From the NCBI RefSeq assembly GCF_018977255.1, contig NW_024704742.1, positions 130,822,001-130,886,000 on the forward strand: DNA of 64,000 bases, in the 5' to 3' direction. Origin of the DNA: Callorhinchus milii (lineage: Eukaryota). This document shows, one piece after another, positions 13,996-24,915 of this stretch (its first letter is position 1; each line of letters starts with the position of its first letter). The translations under genes and the position numbers were made by a program. The notes below the pieces were generated by a model. That model worked only from the letters and a program-made list of their open reading frames with translations. It had not been told where the DNA came from and ran no database searches.

Positions 13996-14827
13996 GCTCA
14001 TTTTAAATGAATCCTTGTGATAAAATATTATATATATTTGTGTCACTATCATTGGTCAAAATGAATTTGTTTCATGTAACTAGGACATCAAATTTAACTA
14101 AAAGTTCTTGGATCAGAATAACTGTGGTGCATTGTTGGATATTTCTCTTGAATGCAAGAGTCTAGGTAATCTAGATCCATTATTAAAAAATACTGATAAA
14201 ATAATGCATATTTTATGAAGCAGTCAAGAGAGGCAATATGTGGAACTTGCCCTATATGGGTTACTGTAACCAGCAACTTCAAAAGGATTGAAGGACACAC
14301 GGTTGAAAGTCAATTTAAATCTAAATTGGAAATAGAATCATAGAAATTTACAACATAAAAGGAGGCCATTCAGCCCATCGAGTCTCCACCGACTCTCAGA
14401 TCAAGCTGTTCATTCACATACACATTCAATTAAATATTAAATGAAAATTAAATGGTCTAAAACTATATCAACCATTCATTAAAATCTCAACTACTGTTTT
14501 TGGAATGGGTAAATACACAAAAGCAGAAAGGTCAGAACAACAAAGTTGGTTAAAGTGTTCTGTAATGAAGACAGTTAAGCAACAGAATTAATTTCTTCAG
14601 TCCAAAGTTTTTAAAAAAGTTATTAAGGTTGTTTATGACTAGTAATACTTTCTGCTGTTCCGTATAAATAATTGAATGTATTATGATTTTTACTGTAGAT
14701 TGTCAACACAATACGCTCCTCTGACTAGTGTTGAAGACATAAAGCAGCTCATAGAAAGTAGGTATTAAGAGGAAAATCAAAGGTAGGCTAGTTGTTTTTC
14801 AGATCTGAAGCCAAAACGATTTCTCAC

Positions 14828-14907
14828 CTGTTCCCATGAGATGATCATATGACGTTCTGCTGGTTCGTTTTCCATGAATCTCACTTCTGCCACACCTGGT
14901 CGACTTT
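14828..14907 (-). CDS. TPGS2: TPGS2 exon 2
   Basis: ttcgttgtag|(E)SRPGVAEVRFMENEPAERHMIISWEQ|gtgaga; 80 nt, phase 1 to 0. Confidence 0.96.
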
Positions 14908-15689
14908 CTACAACGAACATCAAAAAGGGATATCTTTGAGTTCTCAAAATATTATGATAGTTTGTTTGCCTTACTGCTATTTATGTTGACCAATCTTCTC
15001 CCTTCCTTTGAAGCTGTGAGTCTTCTCTTCGACCGTGCCTTTGGTCTCCCTCCCACCTCTCTGCCTTCCCTCACCCCTACACCACCATGCTCGGGCCCCG
15101 ACACCTGACTGTACAGCACTTTGGGACGTCCTTCCGGCATGAAAGGCGCTCTATAAATGTAATCTTGTTGTTGTTGGGTAAGATTTCGTGGACAGTGTTT
15201 GTCCTCGCCTAACTTTTGGTTCTTCTTAGCCTAGAGTTTCTCTAGATGGGCTGTTTGTCCATGAGGGATGTAGAGAGTCAAAATATCCCAACTACTGTAT
15301 TGGGAATGGGTAAATAGATGCTCATTTTCCAACAGATATCATTACCTAGCAATAAAGATTGCTAGCCTACGATTAGGCCAATTGGAAGCATTTGAACTGC
15401 TGCCAAACTTGTGATCACCTAACAACACAGAAAATCAAACTTGTAGCTCTCTGGTCTGTATGGTTTAGCGCTACACAGGATAGTGTCTTTACTAACTAGG
15501 CCGCAGAAGAAGCCATTACCTCCATATAAGCTGGTGCTATCTGCATTCACATCACCTTTCTTAACAAATTCACATATTTACACTCAAATTTCTAAATTTT
15601 TTATTTAATCTTTATTGACAAACTTTTAAATGAATTTCAGTGCATAGCCAATAGCATCCCAAAAAAGATAGCAACTTCTTTGTTTCACA

Positions 15690-16090
15690 ACCTCAGACAG
15701 TGCTTCGAACAGTGCCAGGGATCTTTAACATCCACCCGAAACGGTAGGCGGGTCCTCGGTTTAATGTCTCATCCAAAGGAATGGCACCTCCGACAACGCA
15801 GTATTACCCCTGCATTGCACTGCAATGTCATCTTAGATCAGGGTAGTCTAACCTTTTGGCTGCTGAGGGCCAGATGCCCCATTTGAGAAATGTCCATGGC
15901 GGCCGCATAAGCAATAGTTTTGTGTTTCCCTTCCAAAAACATGACATTTATGGATTATGGAGGGAGCCGGTGGGCTAGATTAAATCGGCCCGCAGGCTGC
16001 CAGTTGGTTCACCCTGGCCGAGACAATGAGCTCAAAGTCCCAACATGAAGTTGAACACACAACCTTCTGACTCAGATATGAGAGAGCTAA
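15690..16090 (-). mobile_element. Older Deu-type SINE with a different tRNA-like head
   Basis: Motifs CTGAGTCAGAAGGTTGTG and GTCGGAGGTGCCA. Related copies at about 6290-6575(-), 16692-16800(+), 28835-29160(+), 39975-40345(+), 42122-42525(+), 58620-58935(-). Confidence 0.75.
15839..16016. mobile_element. hAT/Charlie-like MITE inserted in the older SINE
   Basis: Imperfect TIRs CAGGGTAGTCTAAC / GTTGGTTCACCCTG; subterminal GGCCCGC motif; degenerate 8-bp TSD TCTTAGAT / GCCGAGAC. Confidence 0.72.
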
Positions 16091-16799
16091 GTGCTCCTCC
16101 CGACGTGAAAGGCGCTTTACAAATGTAAATTCAATAATTCAATAAACGTACCTTTCATTCTCCAAGTTATAAATTACTTTCTTGCACACTATTCAATTTT
16201 TCTTCTGATATTATACATTTACGGTAATTAAAAGGGACATTATCTTTTCCTTAAATTATCATGAAATAATGAAACGCTGTGGTACATTTTTAGAACACTA
16301 TTAATTGTGATACAACATCAGTTTTTATGTGTGCCCTGTTAAAATCTTTGAAAAGAATGAAAAATCTTACTGCATGACAAGGAAAACATATTTTCTCTTC
16401 TCTATATTAGATAGCACAATCTGTTAGTCAGGTACAGTTGTAAGGAAAATATCTATGAATATCAATTCTGGTGATTGTTGGCACAGAAGAAGTTGGTGAA
16501 ATTGTACTGAACTGCATGATGTACCCCTTAAATCTCTTGAAGGTTAAATGAACATGTAATTCGCATGTGCATGAAATAACATTATGATGCAACTAATTTT
16601 CAAATGATGACAAAGAATTTACAAAAGAAAAAGCAACCTTTTATTATAAAAGTTATAATTAATAAAGATTCAACTTTTACAAAAAGGCATCAACCTGGCT
16701 CAGTCGGTAGCACTCTCACTCCGAGTCAGACGTTTGTAGGTTCAAGACCTATGTTGGGACTTTAACTCAGTCTAATCTGATACTTTAGTGCAGTGCTGG

Positions 16800-17548
16800 G
16801 GGTGCTTTGTTGCCTCTAACGGTTTCTCCTCCACCCCCCGCACTGTCACATCTGGTGTCCTCCAGGGCTCTGTTCTTGGCCCTCTCCTCTTTAACATCTA
16901 CATGCTCCCCTTTGGTGACATCATCTGCAGACATGGGGTCAACTTCCATATGTATGTGGATGACACCCAACTCTATCTTTCTGCCTCCACCCTCAACTCC
17001 AGGACCACTGCTGTCCTGTCAGACATCAAGTCCTGGATGAGGGCAAATTTCCTACAGTTGAATGTGAACAAGACTGAGGCCCTCCTGATTGGCTCGTGCC
17101 AGCGCCTCAGCACCTCAGGCTCTGGCAGCCTCAACCTCCATGGTTGCACACGACAACTCACCAAGCCAGTCAGGAACCTCGGTGTCTTGTTCGACCTTCA
17201 GCTGTCTTTTCTTCCCCACATCCAAGCCATGACCCGCTCTGCCTTCCCTCACCTCCATAACATCGCCCGACTCCGCCACTACCTCACCCCTCAGGCTACT
17301 GAAACTCTTGTTCATGCTTTCATCATCTCCAGGCTCGACTATGCAAACCCCCTGCTTGTCGGCCTTCCCAACTCCTCCCTCCACAGGCTGCAGATAATCC
17401 AGAACTCTGCAGCCCCTCTCCTCTCCCTCACCAAACTCTGCGACCCCATCTCCCCCCGACTCCATCGGCTCCCTATCCTTCAGAGGATCCAGTTAAAGAT
17501 CCTGGTCCTCACCTACAAAGCCCTCCATGACCTCACCCCACCCTACCT
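16800..17548 (+). mobile_element. L2 RT internal fragment
   Basis: [17 protein letters not shown]...YVDD...RLDYAN; truncated by the SINE at 17550. Confidence 0.92.
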
Positions 17549-17549
17549 A

Positions 17550-17863
17550 GAGTCCTGTAGCTCAGTGGTTAGAGCACTCGCTTTGCAAGCGAGACACCTG
17601 GGTTTCAGTCAGGGTGAAACCTTGGGCAAGTTTGCTTACTCCACACAGAGCCTAATAATAATCCCTCCAAAACCAAAACCAATAATAAATTGGTCATTTT
17701 CAATCTACGACTGTTTGTGGGACATTGCTGTGCGCAATTGGCTGCCGCGTTCACCCACAAATATACAGTCAATTCGCTTTACAGTGTTTTCTGTGAAGCG
17801 CTTTGGGACGTCCTCCCGACGTGAAAAGCGCTTCATCAAATGCAAGGATTATTATTATTATTA
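17550..17863 (+). mobile_element. SINE copy (short, young variant)
   Basis: Near-identical to the 10671, 60127 and 62297 copies. Confidence 0.92.
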
Positions 17864-18080
17864 TGTGGCGCCTCATCGAGTCGCGGAGGCGTCTCAAAGC
17901 GTTTCCCTGGAACTAATTTACCGCGAGGTGGAGTGACTGTGTATTTTGCGGGGACATACCCAACCCTTTGCATTTCGGACACACCCACCAGGTAGGTAGG
18001 TAGGTAGGTGTGTATGTGGTTCTGGGAGGGAGGGAGGGAGGGGGGCAGTGCCTCAGACGTAAGTTAAAAGGCGCTTCACC

Positions 18081-18094
18081 TTCACCATGGCAAC
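18081..18094. promoter_or_regulatory. RFX X-box-like motif in TPGS2 intron 1
   Basis: TTCACCATGGCAAC matches GTNRCC-AT-RGYAAC at 13 of 14 positions, ~40 bp from exon 1. Confidence 0.55.
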
Positions 18095-18133
18095 GGTCAG
18101 AGGCCTCTCCCGGCTAAACCGCCACTCACTCAC

Positions 18134-18206
18134 CTAACACCTTGGTGACACCGAGCGTCAACCGGTCCACGAAATCTTTCATTTTAGTAGTTTTATTGTC
18201 TTCCAT
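18134..18206 (-). CDS. TPGS2: TPGS2 exon 1 (start codon)
   Basis: aaagATGG Kozak context; MEDNKTTKMKDFVDRLTLGVTKVL|gtgagt; 73 nt. The seven exons join in frame to 879 nt (292 aa + stop). Confidence 0.94.
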
Positions 18207-18423
18207 CTTTAGCGCGGGACCCGACCCGACCACCTTCTTTCTCTTCTTTTCACTCTCACAGCTCGTTTATTTTTTTTTTTTTGGGGGGGGGGGAAATCAA
18301 ACAGAATAATGTTCGAACTGGGGAAGAGCCTCCGACTCCGCTCTCCCCGAACCGCAGGGGCATAATGGGGGGAGGGGGGAGGGAGGGTGTGGAGAAAGGG
18401 TTATGCGTCAAACGGCAAGCGAA

Positions 18424-18526
18424 GCATGTCGGGAATTGTAGTGTTGCTGAGGGGACGCACCCCTCCCCCGTTGCACGGCGACCGTCGGCGCGGCTGTGCG
18501 AAGTAAACTACAACTCCCGGGGTGCA
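18424..18526. promoter_or_regulatory. Pair of divergent ZNF143/Staf (SBS) motifs
   Basis: GCATGTCGGGAATTGTAGT (18424-18442; minus strand ACTACAATTCCCGACATGC) and ACTACAACTCCCGGGGTGCA (18507-18526). Confidence 0.75.
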
Positions 18527-18609
18527 ATTCGCGCGGCGCGGCTTCGCATTTGCCCAACGGTCGAGCCGCGCGCCCGGAGTCAGAAGGTGGGAGGCGGAGA
18601 AAAGTATGA

Positions 18610-18621
18610 TGCGCATGCGCA
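18610..18621. promoter_or_regulatory. NRF1 motif
   Basis: Perfect palindrome TGCGCATGCGCA in the bidirectional promoter. Confidence 0.7.
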
Positions 18622-19098
18622 GACGTGGGGGGGTGGGCGGGTGGGTCAGGGTTGTGTACGCGGATGCGTGAAACGGTGGGCGGGGTCTGGCGCGAGGGGG
18701 CATCCAGGGGGAAAAGAGGCGGGATTAACGGTCCGTGCAGTCGACGTCGCCAGGTTGGGCGGTTTTCTCGCCCAATTGGGCGGGTTTTGATGCACGGTGC
18801 GTGAAAAAAAAACCGCGTCGGGCGGGCGACTAACTTTTTCTTTCCGAAAAAAATATCTTGAAACGTCCAAAAACGCTTCTTTTTTCACCCTCCCCAATTG
18901 AAGACATTTTTTTTTCTCTAAGCACCGAAACCCTCAATCGGCGGCCTTCCCTCCACTCCCAATTTAAAAAAAAAGGGCGACGGGTAATATCGGGCTACTT
19001 ATTGGGCTGGTTTTGGTTGGGCGTTGGGCTATGAACCGCGGAGGCTGCGGGGCGGGCGGTGGGGCGGCGGCAGCAGCAGCAACGGCGGTTGTTCAAAG

Positions 19099-19159
19099 AT
19101 GGCGAAGGCGGGGCCGCCGCCGCCGTCGTCGGTGAGCGGAGCTTTCTGGAGCGCGGACG
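19099..19159 (+). CDS. KIAA1328: KIAA1328 (hinderin) exon 1
   Basis: aagATGGCG; MAKAGPPPPSSVSGAFWSAD, resembling the hinderin N-terminus (AFWS motif); followed by U12-type donor GTATCCTT; 61 nt, phase 1. Confidence 0.9.
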
Positions 19160-20402
19160 GTATCCTTGAGGCCGAGCGGTGCGACGGTAAACTGAGCCGC
19201 GTTTGCGAAACAAAAAGAGAAGAGAGGAGAGAGAGAGAGGGAAGGAAGGGAGGGAGGAAGGGGAGTGGGGGGGGAAAGTAGTGGAGTGTGTGTAGAGGAG
19301 GGCGTCGTGTCACGTTGGGGGGGAATCAGCCCCTCCGTTGGTGTGGAGGAGACCCTTCTTGTCAGTCACTCGGGGTCGTCGCCCCCCCCCCCCCTCCCAA
19401 AGAAAAAAGTAGTGGTGGGAGGGGGGGGGGAGTGCAAAGATTGTTCCAGGCCCTCAATCTTGTGTGTAAGGGCAGATTATATATATTTTTTTGGGGTGTG
19501 ATTGATTCTTTCTCTCCCCTCCCCTCCCTCCTACCCACCCAACTTTTTTTTTTACCCCCCACCCCCCCCCACTCAAGAAAAAAACTCACACCGGTACCAT
19601 TTCAACGAAATAATACAATACTATACGATCCTCGCATTCGATGCGGCGCTTTTCGCGCCCCCCTCCTCCCCCTCTTCCCCCCCCACCCCCCCCGACGTCT
19701 CAAGAGCGCTTCGCGGTCAGGGTAAAGGCTGTCAAGTGAGCTGACCGTCTATTTGCGGGCGAAAATCGCTTAATAACGGTGACGGCGGTCGACTTCGCAC
19801 TCGATGGAGCGCCGTATCACATCGCCGAGACGTCTCAAAGCGCTGCGCGGAATATACTGCGCAGGGATTTTTTCGGGGGGTGGGGGATGGGGTGAAAGTG
19901 TTGCGTGTTTAGGTCAGTGATTTCTTAACATGTTCCTTAGCTGCTTTTTTTTTGTAGAATTAAAAAAAGCCTTCCTCCCCCCCACCGCGCCCCCACCGAC
20001 CAGTGGGTTGCAACTTAACGCAAAGTATTGTGTTGATGCAGCTTTTAGGAAGCCATGGTTCGGTTGCTCTGGTTACAGATGCTTGCACAGGAGTGGTGGC
20101 GTCTTGTGTCAATAGAGCTGCCAGATTCGAGGATTTGCAGATGTGTTTGTTTCTTCATTTAAAAAGTAAACTGCTCGTTTACTTTCCAAATCATGTGAGT
20201 CTCTATTGCCTACAAAAATACAGTCACTACACTGAATCCTGTGCAGTGCTTTGGGATGGTTTCCTGACATGAAAGACGCTGTATTAAATGCAGGCTGTAT
20301 CAAACATTATTATTTTATACTGTAATAAGTTGCATTTTAATGCCAGAAATTACTCTAAAAGGATGAATTGGCAGGCCTGTGTACCAGATTTATGTAAAAT
20401 TA

Positions 20403-23400
20403 CGACAACAACATCAACAAGATTCCATTTATAGAGCGCCTTTCACGTCGGGAGGACTTCCCAAGGCGCTGTACAGGGTCAGGACCCGAGCAGTGGGGGA
20501 AATGGTCAGGGTGAGGGGAGGGAAGGGAGGGAGCGAGGAGGGGGTAGAGAGTCGAGAGGGGAGCTGAAGGCACGGTCAAAGAGAAAGGTCTTGAGACCGG
20601 CCTTGAAGGAGGAAAGGGAGGAGGTGGCGAAGGCACTGGGGGATGGAGTTCCAGAGCCTCGGGGCTGAGAGGCTGAAGGCCCGGCCACCGATGGTAGGGC
20701 GGTTGGGGCGGGGGATGTGGAGCAGACCGGAGCCAGAGGAACGGAGGGTACGGGCAGGTAGGTAGGGGGATAGTAGGTCGGAGAGGTAGGAGGGAGCAAG
20801 GCCGTGAATGGCCTTGTAGGTGAGGATGAGGATCTTGAATTCGATCCTCTGGGGGATGGGGAGCCAGTGGAGGCGAGCGAGGGTGGGAGTGATGTGGTCC
20901 CGAAGCCTGGTGCGGGACAGTACACGAGCTGCAGAGTTCTGAATGACCTGCAGCTTGTGGAGGGAGGTGCCGGGAAGGCCGGCGAGGAGAGAGTTCCCAT
21001 AGTCCAGCCTTGAGGTGACAAAGGCGTGGACCAGAGTTTCAGCAGCGTGAGGGGTGAGGTAGTGCCGTAGTCTGGCGATGTTCCGGAGGTGATGGAAGGC
21101 GGTGCCAGTTGTGGTGCGGATATGAGGGAGAAAGGACAGCTCAGGGTCGAACAGAACGCCGAGGTTCCTGACTGGCTTTGAGAGGTGGAGAGTGCAGCCT
21201 TGGATGCTGATGCTGTCAGCGCCTGAGGTGCGGAGGCGCTGACGTGAGCCAATCAGGAGGGCCTCAGTTTTTCGCACGTTGAGCTGAAGAAAGTTGTCTC
21301 TCGTCCAGGACTCGATGTCGGACAGGCAGCTGTCAGGACATCGGTGGTCGTGGAGTTGAGGTAGAGGAGGAAAGGTAGAGTTGGGTGTCATCCGCATACA
21401 TGTGGAAGTTAACCCCATGTCTGCGGATGATGTCACCGAGGGGGAGCATATAGAGGGTGAAGAGGAGGGGACCGAGGACAGAGCCCTGAGGGACACCGCA
21501 CGAGACAGTGCGGGCGGAGGAAAAGCCATTCGTGGAAACAAAGTGAAGACGGTGGGAAAGGTACGACCTAAACCACTCAAGGACAGGGCCTTGAAGGTTG
21601 AGGTGGGAGGACAAGCGGTGGAGGAGGATAGCGTGGTCGACCGTATCGAATGCTGCCGATAGGTCGAGGAGGACGAGGAGGCAGAGGGAGCCCTGGTCAC
21701 AGATGGTCAGGATGTCATTGGTGACCTTGACCAGGGCAGTTTCTGTGCTATGGGCAGCACGGAAACCTGACTGAAGGGGTTCGAATAATGAATGGGTGGA
21801 GAGGAAAGAGCGCAGCTGGGAGGCGACAACTCGTTCCAGGACCTTGGACAGGAAGGGGAGGTTGGAGATGGGCCGGTAGCTTGATAGCTGCGACGCATCA
21901 AGGGAGGGTTTTTTCAAGGTGGGAGTGATGGTGGCAGTTTTTAAGGGAATGGGAACAGAGCCAGAGGAGAGGGACAGGTTGACGATGTCTGTGATATGTG
22001 GGGCAAGGAGGTGGAGCTGGGAGATAAGGAGTGGAGTGGGGATGGGGTCAAGGGAGCAGGTGGTGGGTTTCAGGGATAGGATGAGTTTGGTGACAGAGGG
22101 TGGGGAAACGGGTACGAAAGTGTGTAGGGGAGGATGGGTAGGAGTCGGAGTGTGGGAGGGAGGAGGTGGGGGGTTGGGTGGATGTTGGAGGGAAAGTGAC
22201 CGCGGAGCGAATTCCCTTGATTTTGGATTCAAGGAAATCCAGCATCTCCTCGCAGTGAAGGTTGGAGGAGATGACCTGCGCGGGGTGGTGGGGGGGACGG
22301 AGGAGTCGGGATGTGGTAGAAAACAGTAGCCTGGGGTTGTTCTTCGCCTCCAGGATTATCCTGGAGTAGAAGGACGACTTGGCCGAGGCTAGAGTGGAGC
22401 GGTAGATTTTGAGGAGGTCCAGCCAGATTTGTCGGTGGACCGTTAGGCCAGATTTGACGCAGGTGCGTTCAGCGGCCCGCACCTGGCTTTTCAGTGAGCG
22501 GAGGTGGGTGGTGTACCAGGGGGAGGAGCGAGAGTAGGAGACAGTACGGGAGGTGATGGGGGCAAGAGTATCGAGTGTGGAGGAGAGGGTGTTGTGGAGG
22601 AGGTTGAGAGGAGAAGAGGGGTCAGTGAGGGTTGAAGGCCAGAGGGAGAGGAGTTCAGAGGACTCCAAGGCAGCGGTTAGGGATTGTGGGGGTAACTTCT
22701 TCCAGGGGCGGTAGAAGATGGTGGTGGGTCTGGTGGAGGTGGGGAGGGGGGTGGAGGTGGTGAAGGAGATGAAGTGGTGGTCGGAGACGGCCTTGTCGGT
22801 GATAGTGACATCCGAGACACTGAGGCCCCGGGTGATCACCAAGTCGAGTGGGTGGCCGTGACTGTGAGTGGGGGAGTTGATGTGGAGGGAGAGGTTGAGC
22901 GAGGAGAGCAGGGAAGAGAAGTCTGAGGAGATGGAGCAGGAGGGGGTGAAGTGCAGGTTGAAATCGCCCAGGATGATGAGGCGAGCAGAGGCAGGGAGAT
23001 GTAAGAAGTGTCAAAATATCGGAGATGAAGGTGGGAGAGGTTTTAGGGGGCCGGTAGAGGAGGAGGATTTTGAGCGAGAGGAAGGAGGGGTGGGAGAGGG
23101 TGAGGTGCTCGAAAGAGGGGAAAGAGCCAGAGGAGTAGGAGGATAGGGCAAGTGGTGTCCTTGAGATAAGGGCTACACCACCGCCACGGCGGTTGAGGCG
23201 AGGGATGTGGTGGGAGGTGTAGCCGGGTGGTGTGGCCTCCGTGAGGGGGAAGGTGTCGCCTGGGGTGAGCCAGGTTTCTGTTAAGGCCATGATGTCAACG
23301 TTCTCATCAAGGATGAGATCGTTGATGACCAGGGCCTTGTTACAGAGGGAGCGGACGTTTTGTAGTCCGATGTGGAGGGAGCGGTTGACAGAAGGGTGTG

Positions 23401-23800
23401 TGGGAGGGGTGGGGGGTCCAGGTTGTGAGGCAGGGGTGGGGAAAATGGGGATAAGGGAGGAGAGGTTGACTCCCCGGGTCTGTGTCCGGGGTGGCTGGTG
23501 AGTGTGGTGGGGAATGGGGCAGTCGGTGCGGCTGCTGCTGGACAGCCAACGCCGAGTGCCACGGTGAGTGCGGCGGAGGATTCCCAGGCTGGAGCAGAGG
23601 AAGGTTTCAGGAGGGTCAAGTGGGGATAGAAGGCAAGAGGGACGGAGAGAGAGGAGGACAGAGCGGGAGAGATACAGAGGGGGGAGGGTTTGGGGGTAGA
23701 GAGAAGGGAGGGAGGGGGTGAGGGGGCTCGGGTCAAAGCGGCAGCCATAGTGTGCACGCGGGGACCGGGAGCGAGCGGTCAGGTGGATGGCATTATCCCA
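20403..23800 (-). mobile_element. Near full-length L2-clade LINE (single ORF: APE endonuclease + reverse transcriptase)
   Basis: Endonuclease motifs QNVRSL, ALTETW, GGGVA, GDFN, SDH; RT motifs [44 protein letters not shown]-terminal LHWLP; 3' stem-loop and (TTG)n tail; several frameshifts. Confidence 0.95.
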
Positions 23801-23940
23801 TGACCTTTAATCCTGAGACTATGACCTCAAGTTTTAGATTCTCCAAACAGGGGAAACAGTCTCCTACTATCTACCCTTTCAAGACCCTTAAAATCTTATA
23901 GGTTTCTATAAGATCATCTCTAATTCTTCTATATTCTCGA
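23801..23940 (-). mobile_element. CR1 ORF2 internal fragment abutting the L2 5' end
   Basis: About 5 differences in 140 bp from the CR1 segment at 24630-24770. Confidence 0.9.
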
Positions 23941-24376
23941 CCAAATTAGCTTTGGTCGCTTTCACTTGGTCAGTGTAAGTCACAGGAATCCGAATCCACA
24001 CAAATCCATATTTTGACTATTATTGTGAGTATTGTGGTAAAATTAAAATGCTAACTAGTGAGTTGGGGGAACTGGTTGAGACTTGATAAATATGGAACTT
24101 TATCTCTACACTACTTAACTTTAGAAATGGGAAATTGCTGCACTGGCAAGTAGCACAGATGTCTTCTATAAAATTTGCACATTGTGCCTGTAATGCTCCC
24201 TTATTGAAGCTATTTATACAGTCAATTCACGTTACAGTATACGCTGAAGTGCTATGAGATACCTCGAAGATGTGATAAGGCGCTATATCAAATGCAAGTA
24301 TCTTTTCACACAACTTTTAATAATATTCTGTATGTAACAAACTTTAAAATGCTCATATGGACTCTGTTTCAATAAA

Positions 24377-24915
24377 AGAACATAAGAAATAGGAGCAGGA
24401 GTAGGCCATTCGGCCCTGCCCCGCCATTTAATAAAATCATGGCTGATCTTCTGACCTAATTCCATTTATCCACCCTTTCCCCATATCCATTAATCCCTTT
24501 AGTTTTTAAAAATCTATCGATCTCAGTTTGAATATGCTCAATGACTGAGCATCCACAGCCTTCTGGGTATTCCATGAATTCACTGCTCTCGGAGTGAAGA
24601 AATGTTTTCTCAACTCAGTTCTAAAGGGCTGACCTTTAATCCTGAGACTATGACCTCTAGTTTTAGATTCTCCAAACAGGGGAAACAGTCTCATACTATC
24701 TACCCTTTCAAGACCCTTAAGAATCTTATAGGTTTCTATAAGGTCATCTCTAATTCTTCTATATTCTAGAGAATGTAGGCCTAGTCTATTCAACCTCTCC
24801 TCGTAGGTCAACCCCCTCATCCCAGGAACCAACCGAGTGAACGTACGTTGCATCCCCTCTAAGGCGAGTATATCCTTTCTTAGATAAGGAGACCAAAACG
24901 GCAGACAATATCCAA
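24377..24915 (-). mobile_element. CR1 LINE 3' fragment
   Basis: FWSPYLRKDILALEGMQRTFTRLVPG...TRGHSLRI...HFFT; 3' UTR ending in GAATGGCCTACTCCTGCTCCTATTTCTTATGTTCT. Confidence 0.92.

Larger units (their letters stand above)
17870..19870. promoter_or_regulatory. CpG island / bidirectional promoter of TPGS2 and KIAA1328
   Basis: Sharp rise in GC and CpG density; divergent ATGs at 18206 (-) and 19099 (+), about 0.9 kb apart; GC boxes (GGGCGGGG near 18678) and a CCAAT palindrome (CCCAATTGGG, 18771-18780). Confidence 0.9.

Noticed and set aside
18281..19744. Several Gly/Arg/Pro-rich ORFs in the CpG island
   Set aside because: Expected from high GC content; only the 61-nt KIAA1328 exon 1 is supported
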